DNA of 64,000 bases from Takakia lepidozioides (lineage: Eukaryota; Plantae; Bryophyta). A program made the position numbers and the translations under genes. Location of the stretch: contig CM060731.1 of NCBI GenBank assembly GCA_030704615.1, positions 68,138,001-68,202,000 of the forward strand. Direction: 5' to 3'. Below are positions 48,401 to 59,494 of this stretch, piece by piece (the first letter of the stretch is position 1; each line of letters opens with the position of its first letter). The notes below the pieces were generated by a model. That model saw only the letters and a list, made by a program, of their open reading frames with translations. It searched no databases and was not told where the DNA came from.

Positions 48401-50970
48401 ATTGTCAGATCTCAAAATCTTAAGAGGTTTTCCAGTTTGTTTTTCTGCAAGTACTTTGAACTCATTGAATTTCTCTAGCACTTGACTTTTCTGCCTTAGG
48501 AAATTCACCACAACCCTCATTAACAAAATATCAATGAATGTCACAAAGTACCTTGCTTCTCCAAGTGATGTGGTTTGCATTGGCCCGCACACATCAGAAT
48601 GTACAATCTCCAATATACTTATGGCTCTTCGTCCACCATCCTTAGGAAATTGACCTCGATGTTGTTTCCCTTCCAAGCAACCTTTGCATAGACGCATATC
48701 GCTCATCTCCTTCAATGGTAGTCCTTCCACAAGATGGCTTGAGAGTTGCATCTGTCTCAACTTCTTAATGCTCACATGACCTAACCTTCTATGCCACAAC
48801 TCTGTTTCTGACATGACAGGTGTAGATCCCAACTGTGGTGAAAATGTGGTAAGAGCACTAGAGATATGATGTTGTAATCTATACAAACAATTATCAAGAA
48901 TAGCTCTTGCTACCACAGCTCCTGAGCTATCTGTGATAGTACAACTCTCATCTTGGAATACCACTCTGTATCCCTTTGCAACAATTTGCCTTATAGATAG
49001 CAGGTTCTTTGTTAAAGTAGGGACATGTAGGACATTTTCCACCTCTATGGTTTCCCCTTCATTGAGCATAAGAGAGACTGAACCTTCCCCACCAATGACA
49101 TGCTTGCTATCATCTCCCAAAAGAACATATTGTGTAGGTGAAAGAGATCTATAGGATAAGAAATGCTCTCTCTCTCAACTCATATGTTGAGATGCTCCTG
49201 AATCAACATACCACACATGCTTCTGTCTAGAAGTGGCTGAGAGAGACACAACAAATAGAATAGCATTCCTCTGATGAGTAGCTATGTTCCCTTGACTCTC
49301 TCTGCTGCGCTCATCTGCAATGCGCTTTCTACAATCCTTGATCATGTGACCAAGTTTCTTGCAATAAAAGCACCTCACTTTGGCTTTTTTTTATCTTTGA
49401 GCTAGATTGAGGTTTCTGAAACCTCTGGGACTTCTGAGACATATGTGATGGGAGTCTTCTATTCAAGACTACTCCAGTCTTGCCTGTGAACAAAGCTTTA
49501 TCTACCTCTGTAGACGTACCTTGACATTTTCTTCTTGTTTCCTCCTTGAGGAGAAGTCCTACGACAACATCAATAGTTAAGTTGGTTTGTCTTGCTAGAG
49601 ACACCACAAAACCATCATAGGATTCATGTAAGGTTGCCAATAACACCACTGCGGCGTGTTCATCAGTCACATTAGTTCCCACAGAGACTAGTTGATCTCG
49701 CAACACACAAAACAAATTCAAGTGTTGTTCAACTGAGTCTGACTCGGTCATCTTCAGACCATAGAACTTTTGCGTCGCATACACTTGCAATGTGACATCC
49801 TTCGTCTCATATATGCTTGCTAGCTTGTCCCAAACATCCTTAGCATTCTTAGCACTTATAATGAGATGCAACTGAGTGTCTCTCAAGCTTGTGATGATGC
49901 TAGCTCTTGCTTTCTGATCTTTCCTATCCCATATGGCTTGGCCAACAATAGTGTCAGGTCTTGGGACTGATCCATCAACCACTCCCCATAGATCTTTGTC
50001 TAGAAGTACCATCTCCATCCTAAACTTCCAGGTTTGATAGTTAGCTCCATTGAATCGATCTTCCACTCTCACATCTAATGCACTCGTCATAGACATAGAA
50101 GGAGGATTGCTAGAAGACGACGCTCCAGCCATAATCAAGATCTCTCAATCTCAACTACCAACTCTCACCTAGAGAAGAATGGCTCTGATACCATGTTAGA
50201 ATTGAGCAAAAACATGAACAAGAACTAAAGTCTTAGACTAAAGCTAAAACTAAAGCTCTCCTCCCAACCATAGAAGCCACCATCATACTCTTACACTTAG
50301 ACTAGTGGCTTCACCCCCGAGCTTGTATAAGAAGGTCTCTAGAAAGTCCTACTTGGTCACTTCCACTTCCACTATGGTGACCATCCACCTTCTAGCCATT
50401 CACCTTCCAAATGTGAGTTAAACAAGATAGTCTCTTAGACTTCTAAACCTTTGGCCTTCAAGACTCTTAGTCTTCTAGATATGTTTAATTACTTCCAACA
50501 TTGATGAAGTTCTCTGCCTCATCCAATCGGCCCGCACAGGCAAGAGGGTCCACCATGCAGCCAAAATGTTCTGCTGTAGGTGTGAGGTAATGATCTTGAC
50601 TCATGGAACCAAAGAAGTGGCAGCCTTCATCCACTAGGCCAGCATGGCTACATACAGAAAGAACACATACAAAGGTAATGCCATCGGGTTTCGAGCCCTC
50701 TTGTTGCATTTGTCCAAATAGTCGGAGGGCCTCACGTCCACATCCATCCTGAGCATAGCCTGCAATCATTGCATTCCATGAGGCCACATTGTGATGAGCT
50801 ATATCGTCGAACACTCTACGTGCGTCCTTCATGCTCCCTGATTTGGCACACATATCCACGAGGGTAGTCTCTAAGTTGATATCTGTAGCGATTCCAGCTT
50901 GGAGGATGTCAACATGGACCTCTATGCCCTTTTCCAGGGCTGCCAGAATTTTGATGAAGGTAATTCTACA
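45430..50970 (-). pseudogene. PLS-class PPR gene (E/E+ type) disrupted by copia insertion
   Basis: [112 protein letters not shown]. The frame joins across the copia TSD; 5'-truncated and frameshifted. Confidence 0.9.
45795..50500 (-). mobile_element. Full-length Ty1/copia LTR retrotransposon
   Basis: 307-bp LTRs at 45795-46101 and 50194-50500 (TG..CA, 5 transitions apart), 5-bp TSD TTGAT, PBS TGGTATCAGAGC (50182-50193), PPT next to 46101. gag 49329-50138, integrase 47759-49120, RT 46662-47636, RNase H 46123-46695, with some frameshifts and stops. Confidence 0.97.
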
Positions 50971-51564
50971 CCCAATTTTCAATGCTACTATTTTTCTCCG
51001 ATGTGTGTGAGAGTTATAGTTAAGGGATCTGACCAGGTTTGACCAAGTGGCAGCACTACATGTGTTGGCAAAATTGGATGATTTTTGGCTTGTTGGATGA
51101 GGGATCCCCAGGGGATGAAGCCTGCCAAATCTAACCTCAATTGGAGTTCCTGTCACTCAAATCTTCAAAAACCTGCTAAAAATTGCTATGTTTCTCCAAT
51201 TGGGTCCCACATTCAACGGTGTGGTGTGTTTTCTGAATCTGGGCCGATTGCCTTGGAAATTGGCAGGTGGGTGCAGGAGGAAGATAAGCACATTACGTGC
51301 GGTCAATTTCTTTAAAAAAATCAATTTTCTAAAAGTTACACCATTTTTTCACTGCAGGGGTCCTATTTTTGGAGAAGTCAAACTATGGCACTGGGCGTTT
51401 AAGGGTTATCTGAAGTTGTCCTTAGTACTACGGAACAATGCGAAGCCCTACTATTCATAATGCATATATTTTATAACAACATGTTTGTATGATCGAATGG
51501 CGTGCAGCCTATCTTCGAGTGCAGCCTAGCTTCAAAGATTGTACGAAGTAAACACTTTGATAAA

Positions 51565-51916
51565 CAACATTTAGCCTAGTGGTAAGGGCATACACTACTT
51601 CACTAGTGGTTGTAGATTCAAACCACATGTTGGATGTTATAAGGGTGTCCAATTTCCAATTTTCTCTTCGGGGTCAAGAGACACCGTAATTTGCCTTCGG
51701 CAACGCATTCACATTTTTATATAAGACCCATCTACCTAGTCTATATATACCAAATAAAATGTGGACACGTTGTTGAAGCAAACATAAATTATGATGTCAC
51801 TGGAACTTGAAGGGCTACTACATTTCAGTGGGAAGGTGGATATGACATCCAACATATGATTTGGACCACAACCACTGATTAAGCGGCTTGTACCCTTACC
51901 ACTGGACTAAATGTTG
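51565..51916. repeat. Inverted pair of about 76-bp tRNA-derived (SINE-head-like) sequences
   Basis: 51565-51641 (TAGCCTAGTGGTAAGG A-box-like, GATTCAAACC B-box-like) and its diverged reverse complement at 51841-51916. Confidence 0.55.
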
Positions 51917-53039
51917 GATGTCGTATTAGACCACAATATACACATCCAAAGGTGGTTCCAACTTCCTCAGTAGCTCTTTGTCTCTTTCTATATCCCATCG
52001 TCAATTTCACAACATGCGATTGTGATTCAATAGACCCGTTATAAACTTGCAGTGATCACTAAGAACTGAATCTTTGAGCCCCTCAATGTGAGGGTTTTCT
52101 TTTTGTGCTCATCTTCATTTTTGATCTACCAATCTCTTCATAATAAGATTTCTCTAGATCCCACCATTGAGAGGGAGTACCCGCAACAGAAAGAGATTCC
52201 TCTTTACATTAACGTTGGTTGGCGTTATTTCTCTCAAGTCTCTTCTTAGATCTTGTACATTTATCTTTTTTCATTTTCTGAGTATTACTGATTTGGGGAT
52301 AGTTGATTAATTAATTAGTCAGTCTTTGAATTCAATGTACTTGTGTTGCAATTGAGTTCATTTTCGAGTCATCCTTGTGATCTTTATATACAATCAAATG
52401 GATTTTCCCATAACACTTCTAATATTATTTTGGGATTCATGGTCAGAAGATAAAACCCCTTCAAATATCAGATTAACATTAGAGGTTTTCCTATAGCGAA
52501 TAGAGCGTGCGTGAGAAATGGTTTTGTATAAAGGCATGCCACTATAATCTCCCTTGTAATACAAGTGTTATTCATTTAAAACTTCATAAATTAGACTCAT
52601 TGAAAACAACTCTTACTTAAGTATATGTCGTGTTGCCCCTTTTCTACATCATGCATTTGTTTAGAGACAAAATACAGTTGAACATTTTTCATATTGATTT
52701 TAGCATCCAAAATAGTTGGATTCGAGATACGTCACGTAACAAATATTCTAACTTTGATTATTAATCTTGAAGCATTTATCAAAACTAACTGATCTTCTAT
52801 GGGTTGGAAACTGTAATCAATCATCAGATTGCCAAATGATAAAGTAGGGCCTTCCAGTATCGAAGATAGATCACATACTGGTCCATTTCTCATTTGCAAA
52901 AAATATTGCTAAAATGATGATTGAGCTCAATCAATTTGTCCACATTGAACTTTATAAATTGTTGAGATGTTCAAATAGTAAAGAGTGATGAACATGAAGT
53001 CTTAGTCATCAATTGATCAATTAACCCATTGGATGCGTC

Positions 53040-54519
53040 ATGGCTCAGCAGTACTCCTATTTTCCAAGGTCAGTCTCTTGGCAAGTCGCCAGTCTTCTTA
53101 ATCCTACTTTAGGATCGACACCTAGAAGGTCCCCTTGGAGACCTGTAGCAACAGCAAACTTTGGCAGCCGGACAACGTTTGTCTTGCAAGAAAATATGAA
53201 CTCACCAAAGGCAGAACCTCCAAGCCCATCTTCGTTGGCCTACAGGTGGTGGCATCAACATCCTGGCACTACTGGCTCCCACCAGGTGGCTCTTCCCCCA
53301 TAGTATGTGAGTGTATCTGATTTGTATGCGGCTCTGCCCCGCCGGATAAGATTGAAAAAGCCTCAACTGGAACATCCTTTCTTGATTACAGAGTCTGAGG
53401 TGCCTGCTCCATCCCCTAGGTCCATTGTTGCTACTCCAAGATCAGAGTCATCCAGGTAATGTTATCTTACTATACCATATAAGACCAAAATTTGTAATGC
53501 ATTCAAGTTGCATCAATTTGCTGATTTTAAAATACTTATTGTCTAGATAGTACTTCTACAAGTTTGCTAAGTCACTAATCACTCTCCCTTGTCCGCCTGC
53601 ATATAAATAAAACTCGGGATGTAAAAACTTTCTCTATTAAGTGTGGAATGATTTATAGCTAATTGGTTTATCTTGGTAATATACATTTGTACCTACATGG
53701 ATATGCATGGATCGAGTCTACTAGCCTACGAGGATGATTGTACAATAATCAGTTAACATTATCAAAACTCATCGATTTCTAAACTGTATAAGGACTCGTT
53801 GTTTCTTAAGGTCATTGGCAGGGACCCCAAGGTCAGTGCTTCATGCCCCCGGCTCGACAGTTGATTCCCCACGTCTATCTACAACCAGGTCTCCAATTCA
53901 TATGTCCCCACGGTCAGGGCAAAGTCCAAGACCAAAATCTGTTGCAACTTCTCCTACAAGACCTATTACCTCGATTTCGGTTTTGAGGCCATCAACAGCA
54001 AGTATATTACAAAGTGCAGGAAGATCTTTGCATTCATCTGGTTCCGCTAATCATACATCGAGCTCTCCTCAGCCTAGTCATGTTCTTAGGCCATCAACAG
54101 CTGCCTCAATACATAATGTAGGAATTCAGCACCAGTCCTCTAATACAATTGATCGCACAACAGGCTCTCCCCGCCTCAGTCACAAATTGGACTTGGCACA
54201 AGGTAGCCCAAAAAGTCCGACTTCCATGACAGACATCAAATGCTCTTCTTATTCCAAATCCTCTAGTGTGGTGGCCCCACCCACTCCTCCGACCGCAGGC
54301 AGTCGCACTCGTAGGGTTCGCCCTCCTCATCATCTAGAGCCTACTTTGGATGTATACCGAAAGTACAACCCTAATACCTTTGCCACAAATACTGTGTGGA
54401 ATGAGCGACGCGATAACTCAAAGGACCAGACTAAACAACAACGACCCAAGCGGACAATACTCATCACTAGCAAAGAAGGGACAACATCAATGACTTCTGC
54501 CCCCACGTTTCAAGTCTGA
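53040..54519 (+). CDS. Ser/Pro/Thr-rich protein of unknown function (gene model uncertain)
   Basis: 234-aa ORF 53815-54519 after an acceptor (ttaag), with repeated LRPSTA and SPR motifs; probable upstream exon ending at the 53455 donor. Confidence 0.45.
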
Positions 54520-55763
54520 CTAAAATGCAAGGAAGACATCATGAAAGAGACCAATCCCAAATTGAAAGTACGAACAAGCTTGGAGACGACATATTATTAT
54601 GTATGCATATATATAAATTGTGCAAAAACTATATTGCAATTGGAATCTGTGTGCTAGCTTCTAACAAAGTGCATGCAAGTGGATTGCACCAGCCAATTTA
54701 TAATATCCCAGACTTGAATACTATGAGTTCGTTGTTTACATCAGATGTGCTCTAACAAGGTACTTAGTGGCCAGCTAAACACTAATCACATTTGTGCAGC
54801 AACAAACTTTTGCAGATGCTCAGGTAGTCCATTGTATTTCAATGTAGGTCCTGCTGAATATAATCTAACATCTAGGAAAATAAACTAGATGTGACTGAAC
54901 TAGTTGATGTTTCTGCATCATCTTAATGGGCACAATATTGTAGTTGGCGATTTTGGAGATGACGTGTGCCCGATTAGATATATACAGATATATTTCGAAA
55001 TATAACTCAGACCACAAAAGTTTGTTCACTTAAAACCTTACAACATTAGGGCATCATAAAATATTTTATCATTCTCACTGTATATGATGTTCCATTTTCC
55101 AAATCGTACCATATTTATTCAAACAAGCTAATAGTTACAGTACATTTGAATATAACCACTACATGAACTCGTCAGCTATCTAATTACTTCGAACTTAGGT
55201 AGTGTTTTTCCATTATTTGTTGCTTCAAGATAGAAGTGACCAAACGAAACCAAGCTAGGTGGTACACTAAAGATGAAAAGTAGTACCGTGTCTTGCTTGT
55301 CATGTTTTGATTAGGTACATATAGTGCCCGGGGAAGTCACTTCCAAACCCATATCATCCTCTTATCAGACTAGACAGACATGTCATTACAGCATGTGGAG
55401 TTCTCCAAATTAGTAGGGTCATTGGCCACAAGGCTACCTCAAACAACGTCTTATGACTAGATAGGCTTGGAATACACTTTTGAGCAATACAGCAGAATCA
55501 AATTCTAGCGACGACCGAAGGTCGGAAGCTAGTTTAGTGTAGAGCAGGTATAGGGTGCCATAGTGCCACGTCATCGTCGCCACCTGTCGTCGTTTATTTC
55601 TTTGGAACCTGCCCGGGTTGCCCGGGATGCTCGAAAATAATCAGAAAATACCCGGGAGAGGTGTGCGCGGTGAAGGGTTTGATGATGCCCCCGCGTCCTC
55701 GAGCGCACAGGGGTTTCACACAGCGATCTCAGAGGGAGTTCTTACATGTAAGTAGAACTTTTT

Positions 55764-56036
55764 TCATAGATAACAAAGATTGGGACGCTTACCCATGGCC
55801 CTCATATGTGTTGAATGCAAAACATAAGCGTTCACCATTGTGGTGTCCAATAGAAAGAAAGAAACGCGATGCCACCACTTGTGGGTCTTCAATTGACAAC
55901 TATAGGCCCCATGCAAGTGATCCTGCACATAAACACCCCTCATGTACCTCTGGTATTGGACATGCATGGGCACTGAAGGAACAGGCACTTTGTTGTTCTC
56001 CACAAACCGCCGAACAGTGATTAGCCTAGTTATCAT
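55764..56036 (-). mobile_element. piggyBac-like transposase C-terminal fragment
   Basis: YQRYMRGVYVQDHLHGAYS..KTHKWWHRVSFFLLDTTMVNAYVL matches the piggyBac Y..MgGVD..D....Y...KWw..lFf.llD...NA.il block. Confidence 0.75.
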
Positions 56037-56236
56037 TCTTGACTTGACGTGGCGCTGACACGTCGGCCGTCATGTCCGACGTGCGTCACGTCATGTCGAA
56101 TTCGGACGTTTACCCATGTTTTTTTTTTAAACATTTGACTTTTACGATTTACTTCTACCCTTTCTAATGACATGGTAGCCATGGTGTAAAACAGATGTGG
56201 CCAATTATTAATATTTATTAATTCATTTTGAAAAAA

Positions 56237-56978
56237 ATGTCCGCCTATATTGGCGGTCGCATATAATTTATTATTTTTTAGATGAAGCGATTGCCCATAT
56301 TGGCGGTCGCTTGTAATTTAATATTTTGTTAAATTAAGCGACCGCCTATATTGGCGGTCGCCGGAAGTTTATTAATTTTTAGATGAAACGACCGCCCATA
56401 TTGGCGGTCGGTTGAAGTTTATTATGTTTTAAATGAAACGACCGCCCAGATTGGCGGTTGCTCGCACTTTCTTATATAATAATAATAATAATATATTTAA
56501 TATATTCTGCAAAAATACAGCGACCGCCGTGTGGCGGTCACTTAGTTTTTAAAAAAAAATTAGCGACCGCCATTTAGCAGCGGTCGCTTGTTTTTATTTT
56601 TATTTTTAAATAAAGCGACCGCCGTTTGGCAGTCGCTTCTTTTGTAAATTTTTGAAAAATGGAGCGACCGCCATTTGGCGGCGGTCGCTTGATTTGATTT
56701 TGATTCTTAAATTAAGCGACCGCTGTTTGGCGGTCGCTTACTTAATATATTTTTTAAAATGAAGCGACTGTCATTTAGAGGCGGTCGCTTATTTTTATTT
56801 TGAATCTTGAATTAAGCGACTGCCAGTAGGTGGTCGTTTATTTAATAGATTTTTTAAAAATGCAGCGACCGCCATGTGGGGGTTGCTCTTCTTGTTTTTA
56901 TAAATATAGCGACCGCCATGCGGCGGTCGCGTGTTTAAGAAAAAAAAAAAACCCAGGGACTGCCGTATGGCGGTTTTT
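56237..56978. repeat. Array of about 15 GC-rich palindromes AAGCGACCGCC-N4-7-GGCGGTCGCTT at about 50-bp period
   Basis: Units at about 56239, 56285, 56336, 56386, 56436, 56519, 56562, 56613, 56663, 56714, 56762, 56814, 56864, 56908 and 56957, separated by A/T-rich linkers. Confidence 0.92.
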
Positions 56979-57575
56979 AAAAATAAATAAATTATGAAGC
57001 GGCGCCTAGCCAGCCTCGTGGCGAAGTGCCACGGGTCAGAAAAACGAAACAAATGGGAGGGGGGGGGGAGGTGGTTTTCAACCCTGGACCTCTCCCATGT
57101 GGGTGCGCGTGGCGAGGTGCGACTGGCCAGTGGTGCCGCGATAACACATGGCGAGGCGCCACTGGCATGACGCGCCTTTTCACACATAATGTCATTTTGG
57201 GGAGGGGGGGCTGGTGTGCGCCTATATAAACCATTCCCCCCTCCTTTTCTGATCACTTTTGCCCCTCTCGTGGTGCGGTTCCTTGGCATCCTGAAGTCCT
57301 TTCGGACTTCGTTGCTTGGCACTGCCGATGGGAGGTGCAAAGGTGATTATTTTTTTTTGTTGGGGAGGGGGGAGGGAGGTTTTGTTGGTTTTATATTGGT
57401 CAATCCCACACCCTTATTCACGGTCCAATCATCGTAATACCATTTTGCCGTTTTCGGATCTCCAGCGGCAAGTGTTTTTGCAGAAACTACGAAGACACCA
57501 TCCACACGCGTCAATTGCCGTTTTCTGAGGTTTTGTCCCATGTAGTGGGCAAAGGTTTATACAATCTCGGGTGTT

Positions 57576-59480
57576 GTGAATTCAAGTTCTGGGGCGGGGT
57601 CCTCCGGGGGTTGGAGGAAGAAAAAACGTGCCCACGAGCGGGATAGCCAGGTCAACAAGCCAGACTACCCGGGACCGGATGCCTTGGATAGGGTGAAAGA
57701 AGTGGTGGTGGATTATTTCAAGGGTAGTGACATGATGAGGCTGGAGAGTGATTATGTCAGGCATGGATGGGAGGGTTTTTAGATTTTCCAGCAGAATATG
57801 AAGAGGAAAATGACGAATGTTTTGGCGGGGGTTAAATGGACGGCGGACAGGGACAAGACGAAGTTCAATCGGTGGATCCAAAGCAAGGCGATGTCACGTG
57901 GAATTTAAGGCAGCTAATGAAGACATGGAAGGGTAGAACAATCGAGGGTCGAATGCCCTCCGCCGAAGCTGAGTTAATGCGGCGTGTCGAGTGTTGGGTT
58001 TGCTCGGCAAATCAGAATTCACATCGCCGAACTAGGGTTGTCCCTTGGAAGGCGGGGTCATCGGGCAAGGGAGGCATAACTGGTCTTTATTACCTGAACT
58101 CTAGTGCGAAGGTGGTAGAGATTGGCCCTTATAATGAAGGAGGGTATGCTAAGGTCTGTCAGTGTAGGATTGTTGGCGATTCTAGAATACCGGAGCGTTG
58201 GGAGCTAGCGGGAAAAAAACCCAAGTCCAAAAATCCAGAAAAGACGTTGAGAGAACATAACGACGAGTGTTTGGCAGTGAAGTTCCAACATCCGGGTGTT
58301 ATCTCATATTTTGTTGTGAATGCACATGAGGTAGAGGGTTACACTCGCTGGTGGAATGGGGGACAATACGCGACATGATGAACCTTGACATAAAATGGGG
58401 CAACAATTTGGACAACATGGTGATTTTGGAACAAATGGGAACAGAAGCAGAGTTCCAGGAATGCGATCTCTTGCTTCGTTTCCGGAAAGTACGCAGTAAA
58501 CTTGCATAGGCACTGGTGTGCATCATGGATGTTGTCCACAAGAATGGTGTCATGCACAACGACTTGTCCCTCGACAACATCTTGTTGCATTTTCCAGATG
58601 GCACCGAGGAGATCAAGATTGGGGTGTGTGATTGGGGCTTAGCCACCCCATTGGGCATATGCAAAGCCTCTCCGTACCAGTTTGAAAATCAAGACAAGCT
58701 GGACCGGGAACTCGCGAAAAGATGGTCGGTGGAAAAAGATATTGTGTCGCGCACCTCACTTCTGTAAGCTCCCCTTCAAGTCATAGTTACTCGCTTTGAT
58801 GCGCGCGCCTAACTCCCAAACTGGCCGCCGGACCAACTCTGAGCTTCGGCTGCTCACCGGGATGCTCACCGGGACATAACGGTCTCATTTTGCTCCTCCA
58901 CAAGACCCTCTCAATTTGGGCCTAGTGGAAATTCTCTTTGGTTGTTGGCAGTCCATAATAGCTCCCCACACCTCGGTCGTTTTCCGGCTCGCACGCTTAC
59001 TCACTAGTTTTTGGTCATCAACGGGCTTGCACCGTTCTCGGGGTTACTACTCCCTATATATACTTCTGTGACTGTCCGCGGGGTTTTCACAAACAACACC
59101 GTCCTTTTATGGCGAACCACCACGAAGACCCTCCATTCCCGGTGGTGAGTCGCGGTGAGTCTTGGCCCACCCACCATGGCCCCATTGGACCGTGATGAGT
59201 CCCAAGACTCCCCACGACTCCCACCACAAGGTCTCCGCCCCATGGTGAGTCATATGCCACCCCCACCACAACCCGGTGTGCGGGGTTCCACCTAGTGAGC
59301 GCCTCCGCCTCCTTGAGTGCCTTGGGCACTCAAGGGTGCTTCAGCCCCTGTATCTCTGGTTGTCACTGCCCCCATCACAGGGGCAGCCCCTTTTGTGTCC
59401 CGACCCCCTGCCCTCAAGGCGAAGGGCCGCGACATATTGCATCGGTTTTCAATGCGAATGCCCCCCCCCCCCCCCCCCCC
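57576..59480 (+). pseudogene. Protein kinase-like pseudogene interrupted by a solo LTR
   Basis: NEGGYAKV..LAGKKPK..HPGVI..WWNGG..VHKNGVMHNDLSLDNILLHF..IGVCDWGLAT. Frameshifts present; the frame resumes after the LTR (EKDI|ASVFNANAP). TATA-like CCTATATAAA at about 57221. Confidence 0.8.
58745..59434. mobile_element. Solo LTR (690 bp)
   Basis: Ends TGTCGCG..CGCGACA flanked by a 5-bp TSD TATTG (58740-58744 and 59435-59439); internal TATATATA. Confidence 0.85.
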
Positions 59481-59494
59481 CAGGACCAGCGTAG

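Noticed and set aside
51565-51641. Functional tRNA gene
   Set aside because: The A-box-like start is present but the B box and anticodon arm are degenerate; no convincing cloverleaf.
56237-56978. CRISPR array
   Set aside because: The repeats are degenerate with variable loops, the linkers are A/T-rich and similar to each other rather than unique spacers, no cas genes are present, and the context is eukaryotic.
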